Shown here one piece after another: positions 12,282 through 22,958 of a stretch of 64,000 nucleotides of DNA. The notes under the pieces were generated by a model, which had not been told where the DNA came from, did no database searches, and was given only the letters and a program-made list of their open reading frames with translations. This stretch comes from Macrostomum hystrix (lineage: Eukaryota; Animalia; Platyhelminthes): contig CATNEN010000007.1 of NCBI GenBank assembly GCA_950097015.1, forward strand, positions 1,426,001-1,490,000, given 5' to 3'. Position numbers and translations under genes: made by a program. Within the stretch, counting starts at the first letter, position 1. Every line of letters begins with the position of its first letter.

Positions 12282-12666
12282 CACTTGCAGGAGCAACTAG
12301 ATTAGATACGATCTGGCGCTAATTTACTAACAATTCACTGCCTTCTTTGTTTGTTCTAAGCTTCAAGCTATAAAATATTGCTCAAATTGTGCTCATTCTG
12401 GCCTTGTAAATGACCAAACGATTTTCTTGGTAAAGTTTACCTAAAATTTATTCTGTCTAGAGTACTTTATAATAAGGAATATTTTGATATAGATCTAGAA
12501 TTAATAGATTTGTGTCTATAATATTTAGGGTTGAATATAAATGTTCAGTTGGTAACTGCATACTGATGCAGTTAACTGTACTTGATAAATATGCAAGATA
12601 AAACCCAGTGTGTTAAAAATTCAGTGTTCACTAACCCGAGTTTATAATTTTATATTCTTATTTTAT

Positions 12667-12820
12667 ATCACCTTATCAATTCTATGAGTAAGCAGCATCA
12701 CCTCATCAATTCTATGAGTAAGCAGCATCACCTCATCAATTCCATTAGTCAGCAGCATCACCTCATCAATTCCATTAGTCAGCAGCATCACCTCATCAAT
12801 TCTATGAGTAAGCAGCATCA
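12667..12820. repeat. 30-bp tandem repeat CACCTCATCAATTCTATGAGTAAGCAGCAT, ~5 copies; ~2 related copies at 790-850
   Basis: Direct inspection. Confidence 0.9.
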
Positions 12821-13119
12821 TTTCTGATTTGTGCATTCAAACTGTGACTGGTCACAGGCAGGTGAAAACAGTCAAGCAGTACCTGCAATTTGGAAGTCAA
12901 TGCACATCTAAGATGTAGGCCACGTGCAGCGCACTGCATACATTGCTACATAGAGCTAACTCATCCATAGGCAACATAAATCAAGTGGAGACATCTATGT
13001 CAGCAGAGTGTGCTGTGGCTAACAGTAGCAACCATGCGAAGCCACAATAGGTCACCTTGACACTCAACTTTCATGGAAATGTTGACTTTGCCTCTAGACT
13101 TACAGACTATCAAATATGA
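12820..13119 (+). mobile_element. Decayed tyrosine recombinase C-terminus (Crypton-like remnant)
   Basis: Reads ISDLCIQTVTGHRQVKTVKQY: TGH with Tyr at H+9, the conserved spacing of YR catalytic His/Tyr; TAG stops at 12916 and 13048; ends VTLTLNFHGNV...*. Confidence 0.6.
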
Positions 13120-13618
13120 AATTAAAACATTAAAACATTGATTAAATTTGTCCCAAAAAGTTAATTTTTATTCACTTCTCTACTATTTTTCTTCATTTAA
13201 AATATACCTGAAGATGTACACCATTGTGCAAAAAAGTTGTTTAATTAAATGTTAATTTTTGTTTCTCTATTTATACTGTTAATATACAATAGATTTAAAA
13301 AAAGTTGAATATGTTTTTTGCTGCATGCATAAATGCATTGGCAACATTGCCATGCCAGTGTAATTATGTAGTGTGCATTATGCAGGCCACTGACCAATTT
13401 GTATACCACTGCATGCCACTTCTGAAAATGCACACAGGAAAATTCTTGTCTGCACTACATGATCCACACTATGGATAGATATGGCATAGGCGTTATCTGC
13501 ATGCTTGAGTGTTGTACAAGAAAAGTTTGTTTGAGACACTACAACCAACTGTAGTCATCAAAACTATTGTGTCTTGAATGTTTTTGTACATATGATTGTT
13601 GGATTATGTTTATTCTAG

Positions 13619-14023
13619 TCTGGTGAGCTGGAAAGTCTAGGCAATCCTAGATTTATTGCATTGTGCTCCAACACTAAAACTTTTGTTGCTGATTCTTCAG
13701 GCCAGCTAGTGAGAGAGAATTGTGCAGGTGATATCACTGTGAGGCTCCCTTTTTGTTCCGTTTTACATGAAGACTAAAGTTATGAGATTCTTGCCTTTTC
13801 AATTGATGGGTCTGTCTGTCTAAAAGCCCAGAGGGATTTTGATTTGCCAAAGGAAATCACAGGTCTTAGCTGTGACAGCAAGTGCCAGGCTCTCTACATT
13901 GCTCAGTGGAATTCATTTTCTGTGGCAGGTTTAATTGGCTGCAGTTTAAGGGTGATCGATGCAGGCAGCCAGCCCGGCTGTGTTGTCTCCGCACCTCTGG
14001 TCGAGGTGTTTGGGTTGATGTAA
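13619..14023 (+). pseudogene. NHL-repeat / beta-propeller fragment with internal stop
   Basis: After TTCTAG acceptor reads SGELESLGNPRFIALCSNTKTFVADS...*SYEILAFSIDG...ITGLSCDSKCQALYIA; TAA at 13775. Confidence 0.5.
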
Positions 14024-15276
14024 TCAATATCGGGCTATTATTTTAAAGTCTGTTTTTAGGACTGATTGCAAAACAAAACACCAGCAGATAAGCATAAATT
14101 TTGAGCATGGATTCATATGGATAAAATTGAAATTATAAGCATAGGACCACGTGGATAAAATTGAAATTATCAGCATAGGACCATGTGAATAAGCACTTCC
14201 TATGGGACACAGCTAGGCCCTGGAAGCATGGTTAATAAAAAATTATTAATTATATTAGTTGTCTATACAACTACGGGCAACATATTTAAGGAAAACATGA
14301 GTGAATAGAAAGCACTGACGGTCATACTTACCTTAACGAATAGCTAGGGGCCTAATTTGACGATTTAATCTAAATTAATTAGAAACTTTATATTTACTAT
14401 TTTGCAATAAAAATGCGCTGCGACAAAAAAATCGCAATGCTTTTGACTGAGACTTCAAAATAAATTAAAGATTTAAGAATAGATCTATTATCTAGTAGTA
14501 GTATCAGTAGATAATTGGCACAAGTAACCTAATCGGTTTAGGATAGCATAGAATAGGATAGAATATTGGATAGGAATAAAACAACCGCAAAAACTGTAAT
14601 TTAAAATTTAAATTTCAAGTCAATAAAGCGCCTGTCTGTAACTAAAAACTGTTAAAGCAATTTTAATTTTTGTGCAATAAAATGAGATTTTTCACTAATT
14701 CTACGTTTTGTTTTTAGCGTTTGTTTTGTTTTAACGTGTTTACGTAACATTTTATCGTCCGGGAGTTTAGTTTGCGTGAAGGAATTGGGACGTACCAAAA
14801 TAAACACATATGAACACAAAATGAAGCAACGTTTAATAAAAACAGAATGTATATGAATCAATTTCGAATTTAGATTGCAGAAAACAAAAAATATCGAATA
14901 ATTCACAATTGGTTATGATCGGTTGTGTATCCTTTCAATGGTCCCTAGCAATCGAAATTCATTACTAATTCATTTGTTGGCCGGAACTCGGGAGGGAGAT
15001 AAGATGCCAAACTATTACCTTATTAATGTACGAAACACAGTCCCTCTTCCTCTATTTTGAATCTCAATCTTGTGCATCGGAAAGCGCCAAATTTTTTAAT
15101 TATGCATACTTACATACCTAGCTTCTACTTATTCATTCCTATATTTATAATCGTATACTTATTTTCTCTTGTATCTTCTAAATTACAGATTTTAGGTTCA
15201 ACTGTTACGGTATAGAATAAATAAGAATGAAAGAACGATTAAGAACGATAAAGAACTTTTAAGTTGGGCTTTCTAC

Positions 15277-16211
15277 CAGCCAGTATAATAATATTTTTTC
15301 CCTTCACTTCTATCAAGTCCGTGTAGATTGTTGAGTAGCGCTGAATCCTCGATGCGGAAGGTCCCTAGCTCGATAACCAATTACATTTTTTTTGTAATTG
15401 ACGAAATAAAACTTATCACTTTTTGTCATTTATTCTTTTCATTCCTCCTTTCTATTGATCTGTCATCTATTTCATTTCTAAAATGCATATAATATGCCTG
15501 TGTTGTATTATAGTTCTTGCCGTTCTAGCCAAAAAGATATAATTCATTATGCAAGAGTTTTCCATATACGAAATTCGTTCGCCACTGCTTCGAGTTCTTT
15601 CGAGTTCTAGGGACAAGTTTGGTTTCTTTTGAAAAATGGCTTTGTCATGTATGTATCTTATGTATCTCATTGAGCTACTTAGTCGAAGTTATTCTACACT
15701 ACGCCGTAAAAATGGCTTCCCTATATGTTTGGAAATGTCTAGAAATGGCTAGTGTTATGGCCAGCCAGTATAATAATATTTTTTCCCTTCACTTCTCTCA
15801 TGTCCCTGTAGATTGTTGAGTAGCGCTGAAACCTCGCATGCGGAAGGTCCCTAGCTCGATTACCAACCACAACTGATTTTTGTAATTGACGAAATAAAAC
15901 TTTTTCACTTTTTGTCATTTTTTCTTTTCATTCCTCCTTTCTATTAATCTGTCATCTATTTCATTTCTAAAATGCATATATGCCTGTGTTGTATATAGTT
16001 CTTGCCGTTCCAGCCAAAAAGATATAATTCATTATGCAAGAGTTTTCCATATCGAGTTCTTTGAGTTCTAGGGACAAGGATTCTAGTTTGGTTTCTTTTG
16101 AAAAATGGCCTTGTCATGTATGTATCTCATGTATCTCATTGAGCTACTTAGTCGAAGTTATTCTACACTTCGTAAAAATGCCGTAAAAATGGCTTCCCTA
16201 TATGTTTGGAA
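15277..16211. repeat. Two diverged tandem copies of a ~484-bp AT-rich unit
   Basis: CCAGCCAGTATAATAATATTTTTTCCC at ~15277 and ~15761, collinear with small indels. Confidence 0.9.
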
Positions 16212-16789
16212 ATAAGTTATTTATATAGTTTCTTACTACATGCACGTGGGTTAGGAATGCAATTCCCCCAAGGCCACCGCCAGTAAGGCTAGCCCCCCGT
16301 GGGTCCACGTGGAATCACCCGGCTAGCCGAGTATTTTTTGACTAGTGGAAGTGTCGGCTAGCCGGCGGCCGTTAGATGGTTAGATGGAGGCGCGCATAAT
16401 AACTACCAAACAAATGTACATCTACTGCGCTTGCACGAGGGGTTGATGTGGCAAAGGACAGAGCCGTAGACTCGTAGAGTGTACGTATGTACATTCAAGT
16501 TGTAGGCATTAGTACACCTCTGCCCGTGCACCGACCACACGACAGAGGGACAACAGCTGCCACATGGAGCAATGCATGCACGGACAAGCATAGCTAGCTC
16601 GTACATTTATTCTTAATCTCAACAGCGAAGTGCGTGAAATTAAACTAAGCAACAAACAGCAGAAACACGAAGCGAAAATTCTCACATCCCTACAGCGAAA
16701 CGGAATCTAATACCAGATTGTGGAAAACTTAGAGTAAGTCATTCGAACCGAATGCGAAACTGTCGATTCAGATTTTTGGAGAATTTGGC

Positions 16790-19700
16790 TGTCCCTAGAG
16801 AATCGCCACTGAGAAACTGGTGTCTCTAGAGAAGCGCCCCTGAGATACTGCTGTCCCTAGAGAATCGACCCTGAGAAACTGCTGTCCCTAGAGAATCGAC
16901 CCTGAGAAACTGCTGTCCCTAGAGAATCGACCCTGAGAAACTGCTGTCCCTAGAGAATCGCCAGTGAGAATCTGGTGTCACTAGAGAATCGCCAGTGAGA
17001 ATCCGGTGTCCCTAGAGAATTGCCAGTGAGAAACTGGTGTCCCTAGAGAATCGCCAGTGAGAAACTGGTGTCCCTAGAGAATCGGCAGTGAGAATCTGGT
17101 CTCCCTAGAGAATCGCCCCTGAGAAGCTGCTGTCCCTAGAGAATTGCCAGTGAGAATCTGGTGTCACTAGAGAATCGCCAGTGAGAAACTGGTGTCCTTA
17201 GAGAATCGCCACTGAGAAACTGGTGTCACTAGAGAATCACACCTGAGAAACTGGTGTCACTAGAGAATCACACCTGAGAAACTGGTGTCACTAGAGAATC
17301 ACACCTGAGAAACTGGTGTCACTAGAGAATCACACCTTAGAAACTGGTGTCTCTAGAGAATCGCCAGTGAGAAACTGCTGTCCCTAGAGAATCGACCCTG
17401 AGAAACTGCTGTCCCTAGAGAATCGACCCTGAGAAACTGCTGTCCCTAGAGAATCGACCCTGAGAAACTGCTGTCCCTAGAGAATCGACCATGAGAAACT
17501 GCTGTCCCTAGAAAATCGCCCCTGAGAAATTGGTGTCACTAGAGAATCGCCAGTGAGAAACTGCTGTCTCTAGAGAATCGACCCTGAGAAACTGCTGTCC
17601 CTAGAGAATCGACCCTGAGAAACTGCTGTCCCTAGAGAATCGACCCTGAGAAACTGCTGCCCCTAGAGAATCGACCCTGAGAAACTGCTGCCCCTAGAGA
17701 ATCGACCCTGAGAAACTGATGTCCCTAGAGAATCGCCCCTGAGAAATTGGTGTCACTAGAGAATCGCCAGTGAGAAACTGCTGTCCCTAGAGAATCGCCA
17801 GTGAGAAACTGGTGTCACTAGAGAATCGCCAGTGAGAAACTGCTGTCCCTAGAGAATCGCCAGTGAGAAACTGGTGTCCTTAGAGAATCACACCTGAGAA
17901 ACTGGTGTCCTTAGAGAATCACACCTGAGAAACTGGTGTCCTTAGAGAATCGCCCCTGAGAAAATGGTGTCACTAGAGAATCGCCAGTGCCTGAGAAACT
18001 GGTGTCCCTAGAGAATCGCCAGTGAGAAACTGGTGTCCCTAGAGAATCGCCAGTGAGAATCCGGTGTCACTAGAGAATTGCCAGTGAGAAACTGGTGTCA
18101 CTAGAGAATCACACCTGAGAAACTGGTGTCCCTAGAGAATCGCCAGTGAGAAACTGGTGTCCCTAGAGAATCGCCAGTGAGAAACTGGTGTCCCTAGAGA
18201 ATCGCCAGTGAGAATCTGGTGTCACTAGAGAATCGCCAGTGAGAAACTGGTGTCCCTAGAGAATCGACCCTGAGAAACTGGTGTCACTACAGAATCGCCA
18301 GTGAGAATCTGGTGTCACTAGAGAATCGCCAGTGAGAAACTGCTGTCCCTAGAGAATCGCCAGTGAGAAACTGGTGTCACTAGAGAATCGCCAGTGAGAA
18401 ACTGCTGTCCCTAGAGAATCGCCAGTGAGAATCTGGTGTCACTAGAGAATCGCCAGTGAGAAACGGGTGTCACTAGAGAATCACACCTGAGAAACTGGTG
18501 TCACTAGAGAATCACACCTGAGAAACTGGTGTCCTTAGAGAATCGCCCCTGAGAAACTGGTGTCACTAGAGAATCGCCAGTGCCTGAGAAACTGGTGTCC
18601 CTAGAGAATCGCCAGTGAGAAACTGGTGTCCCTAGAGAATCGCCAGTGAGAATCCGGTGTCACTAGAGAATTGCCAGTGAGAAACTGGTGTCACTAGAGA
18701 ATCACACCTGAGAAACTGGTGTCCCTAGAGAATCGCCAGTGAGAAACTGGTGTCCCTAGAGAATCGCCAGTGAGAAACTGGTGTCCCTAGAGAATCGGCA
18801 GTGAGAATCTGGTCTCCCTAGAGAATCGCCCCTGAGAAGCTGCTGTCCCTAGAGAATTGCCAGTGAGAATCTGGTGTCACTAGAGAATCGCCAGTGAGAA
18901 ACGGGTGTCACTAGAGAATCACACCTGAGAAACGGGTGTCACTAGAGAATCACACCTGAGAAACTGGTGTCACTAGAGAATCACACCTGAGAAACTGGTG
19001 TCACTAGAGAATCACACCTGAGAAACTGGTGTCACTAGAGAATCGCCAGTGAGAAACTGGTGTCCCTAGAGAATCGACCCTGAGAAACTGGTGTCACTAC
19101 AGAATCGCCAGTGAGAATCTGGTGTCACTAGAGAATCGCCAGTGAGAAACTGCTGTCCCTAGAGAATCGCCAGTGAGAAACTGCTGTCCCTAGAGAATCG
19201 ACCCTGAGAAACTGCTGTCCCTAGAGAATCGACCCTGAGAAACTGCTGTCCCTAGAGAATCGACCCTGAGAAACTGCTGTCCCTAGAGAATCGACCCTGA
19301 GAAACTGCTGTCCCTAGAGAATCGACCCTGAGAAACTGCTGTCCCTAGAGAATCGCCCCTGAGAAATTGGTGTCACTAGAGAATCGCCAGTGAGAAACTG
19401 CTGTCTCTAGAGAATCGACCCTGAGAAACTGCTGTCCCTAGAGAATCGACCCTGAGAAACTGCTGCCCCTAGAGAATCGACCCTGAGAAACTGCTGTCCC
19501 TAGAGAATCGAACCAGAGAAACTGCTGTCCCTAGAGAATCGACCCTGAGAAACTGATGTCCCTAGAGAATCGCCCCTGAGAAATTGGTGTCACTAGAGAA
19601 TCGCCAGTGAGAAACTGCTGTCCCTAGAGAATCGGCAGTGAGAATCTGGTGTCCCTAGAGAATCGCCCCTGAGAAACTGCTGTCCCTAGAGAATCGACCA

Positions 19701-20036
19701 TGAGAAACTGCTGTCCCTAGAGAATCGACCCTGAGAAAATGGTGTCTCTAGAGAATCGACCCTGAGAAACTGCTGTCTCTAGAGAATCGACCCTGAGAAA
19801 CTGCTGTCCCTAGAGAATCGACCATGAGAAACTGCTGTCCCTAGAGAATCGACCATGAGAAACTGCTGTCTCTAGAGAATCGACCCTGAGAAACTGCTGT
19901 CCCTAGAGAATCGAACCTGAGAAACTGCTGTCCCTAGAGAATCGACCCTGAGAAACTGGTGTCTCTAGAGAAGCGCCCCTGAGAAATTGGTGTCCCTAGA
20001 GAATCGCCAGTGAGAAACTGGTGTCCTTAGAGAATC
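16790..20036. repeat. 31-bp minisatellite CTAGAGAATCGCCAGTGAGAAACTGGTGTCC, ~105 variant copies
   Basis: AGAATCGAC at 16861 and 16892. Confidence 0.97.
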
Positions 20037-20068
20037 GCGATTGCCGTCAAATTCACAGGGTGGCTGCC

Positions 20069-20546
20069 ATGGCTGCGCCCTACAAGCTTGTGAACCTGAC
20101 CCTGGAGCTGGCCCGCAATCTCAGGCCAGGTGACATCATCGAGAACTCCTATTACATGTTCTGGCACCCGTACATTGTGGAGAGCTGCGTCGCCGTCGTG
20201 GACCCAGACGGGCCTGATCAAGGGACACCAGAAGTGACTGTGCGAGTCATTCACTACGGACGAAGAGACCTGCTTGAAGGCATCTCGGTGCTGCAGGAGA
20301 ACATCATCCTGGACGCTGACAACACAGCCAACGGTCGCTTCCGACTGTACGAGTTTCAACAGGGCGGACTGCAGGCCAGACGAGGAGACCATCGAGCTGG
20401 CTCGGGGTCGCCTCGGCGAGGCGCAGCACCGCATGCTCTCAAACAATGCCACATACTTCGCCCTGTCCTGCCGTCTCACCGAGGAGGCCTTCGAGAGATG
20501 CAAGGCGAGCATCGGTCGGTTTCGAGTTGTCAATCCGTTTGGATGA
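20069..20546 (+). CDS. LRAT/PLAAT (permuted NlpC/P60) family protein, ~158 aa, catalytic Cys replaced, +1 frameshift at ~20354
   Basis: MAAPYK..LRPGDIIE..YMFWHPY..VIHYG in one frame, then ETIELARGRLGEAQHRMLSNNATYFALSCR in the next; removing one T from GAGTTTCAAC joins them. NATYF replaces NCEHF. Confidence 0.75.
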
Positions 20547-20579
20547 GCTTCGGTCATGACTTGTGCGAGTTCTTTGTAA

Positions 20580-21580
20580 AAATTCCCAGATTCCTAATTC
20601 CCAGATTCCCAATTCCCAGATTCCCAATTCCCAGATTCCCAATTCCCAGATTCCTAATTCCCAGATTCCCAGTTCCCAGATTCCCAATTCCCAGATTCCC
20701 AATTCCCAGATTCCCAATTCCCAGATTCCCAATTCCCAGATTCCCAATTCCCAGATTTCCAATTCCCAGATTCCCAATTCCCAGATTCCCAATTCCCAGA
20801 TTCCCAATTCCCAGATTCCCAGTTCCCAGATTCCCAATTCCCAGATTCCCAATTCCCAGATTCCCAATTCCCAGATTCCCAATTCCCAGATTCCCAATTC
20901 CCAGATTCCCAATTCCCAGATTCCCAATTCCCAGATTCCCAATTCCCAGATTCCCAGTTCCCAGATTCCCAATTCCCAGATTCCCAATTCCCAGATTCCC
21001 AATTCCCAGATTCCCAATTCCCAGATTCCCAATTCCCAGATTCCCAGATTCCCAATTCCCAGATTCCCAATTCCCAGATTCCCAATTCCCAGATTCCTAA
21101 TTCCCAGATTCCCAGTTCCCAGATTCCCAGATTCCCAATTCCCAGATTCCCAATTCCCAATTCCCAGATTCCCAATTCCCAGATTCCCAATTCCCAGATT
21201 CCCAATTCCCAGATTCCCAATTCCCAGATTCCCAATTCCCAGATTCCCAATTCCCAGATTCCCAATTCCCAGATTCCCAATTCCCAGATTCCCAATTCCC
21301 AGATTCCCAGATTCCCAATTCCCAGATTCCCAATTCCCAGATTCCCAATTCCCAGATTCCTAATTCCCAGATTCCCAGTTCCCAGATTCCCAGATTCCCA
21401 ATTCCCAGATTCCCAATTCCCAATTCCCAGATTCCCAATTCCCAGATTCCCAATTCCCAGATTCCCAATACCCAGATTCCCAATTCCCAGATTCCCAATT
21501 CCCAGATTCCCAATTCCCCGATTCCCAATTCCCAGATTCCCAATTCCCAGATTCCCAATTCCCAGATTCCCAATTCCTAG
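20580..21580. repeat. 15-bp minisatellite AATTCCCAGATTCCC, ~67 copies
   Basis: Direct periodicity; source of the spurious IPRFP/GIWEL ORFs. Confidence 0.97.
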
Positions 21581-22457
21581 ATCGCTATATAACGATAAAA
21601 AATTCAACGTGCTCTTCAGACAAGACGTCATTTCTTAAAAATACCGACATGCTTTACTATGAGTACTATTCTATGATTCATCATCTTCGTATTGAGTGAC
21701 TTGCTTAACTAATCAGTTTAAACATGCTCATGCAAAATGACTTAAAAATTATCAAAATATTCAATCTGCTGATTGTACATTCTTGCAAAAATCTTGCACA
21801 TCTTTTTAATCATCTAAAATCTATTTGCACCAACAATATGAGCTAATCATATAGACAGAATCGCCCTGCACTAATTTTAGTCAATGAAAGCAAATTTTAT
21901 GCAAAATTTATTTCTGAATAGTCTTGTAGTCTGGCTTGTTGGTGCGCGTGCACTTAGATGTGCACGCGCGGCTTGTTTGGGGTGGGGGGTTTAGCGCTGC
22001 AGCGTGCGTTCGCTTAGGGTGGTTGCACCCACCCCAACTTTGCCGTTAAATATATTGGCGTGAGCCAGTGAGGGCTCCTGACGTGTTTTGTTATGTTCTA
22101 CAACCTAAACCACGGTCGTACAGTCTATTGTAGTCTAATAAACCTCAGAGAGGAATTCGAAGCCCAATGGACTGGGGAGAAGAATGTGTAGCCTCATGGA
22201 CTGGGGAGAAGGGTGTTTAGCCCAATGGACTGGGTAGAAGGGTGTGTAGCCTCATGGACTGGGGAGAAGGGTGTGTCGCCTAATGGACTGGGGAGAAGGG
22301 TGTGTAGCCCAATGGACTGGGGAGAAGGGTGTGTAGTCTCATGGACTGAGGAGAAGGGTGTGTAGCCGAATGGACTGGGGAGAAGGGTGTGTAGCCTCAT
22401 GGACTGGGGAGAAGGGTGTGTAGCCTCATGGACTGGGGAGAAGGGTGTGTAGCCTCA

Positions 22458-22754
22458 TTTTTTTTTATTACACCTGCCCCAATTGGTCCAGATGTGCAGC
22501 CGACAGCACAGCCGCAGCTATTGCGCGACGCATCTGAAGGCTGTGTACAGCTGTTCAGTCCATGGACTGGGGGGACGCCACACCCACCTTCAATTATCCC
22601 AGCTGATGCTGGTACCCATTTAACAGCTGGGTGAACTGAAGCAATGCAGAGTTAAGTTTCTTGCTAAAGGACACAAATTGTTTCAGTGGAGTCGGGAATC
22701 GAACCCCCGACCTTCAAGTCGTTAGTCCGACGCCCTAACCACTAGGCTACAACC
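22458..22754 (-). mobile_element. tRNA-derived SINE (family 1), full length with A tail
   Basis: Minus strand: A box TAGCCTAGTGG (22739-22749), B box GGTTCGATTCC (22695-22705), CORE/Meta-like central domain (GTGTCCTTTAGCAAGAAACTTAAC..AAATGGGTACC), A9 tail at 22458-22466. Confidence 0.85.
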
Positions 22755-22838
22755 TCTACTCAGCTAGTCCACAGTCCATTCGGCTACACACCCTTCTCCC
22801 CAGTCCATTAGGCTACACACCCTTCTCCCCAGGTCCAC

Positions 22839-22958
22839 TGAACTGAAGCAATGCAGAGTTAAGTGTCTTGCTAAAGGACACAAATTGTTTCAGTGGAGTC
22901 GGGAATCGAACCCCCTAACTTCAAGTCGTTAGTCCGACGCCCTAACCACTAGGCTACA
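22839..22958 (-). mobile_element. SINE family 1, 3'-truncated second copy
   Basis: Near-identical to 22635-22752, including both boxes. Confidence 0.85.

Noticed and set aside
20439-21631. Long IPRFP / GIWEL / NSQIP ORFs
   Set aside because: Stop-free 15-bp repeat; open in most frames
21944-21969. 10-bp GC hairpin as a Helitron 3' end
   Set aside because: No CTRR terminus at the expected distance and no matching 5' TC end identified
22680-22754. Functional tRNA genes at the A/B-box sites
   Set aside because: No proper acceptor stem; they continue into a SINE body and recur as diverged copies
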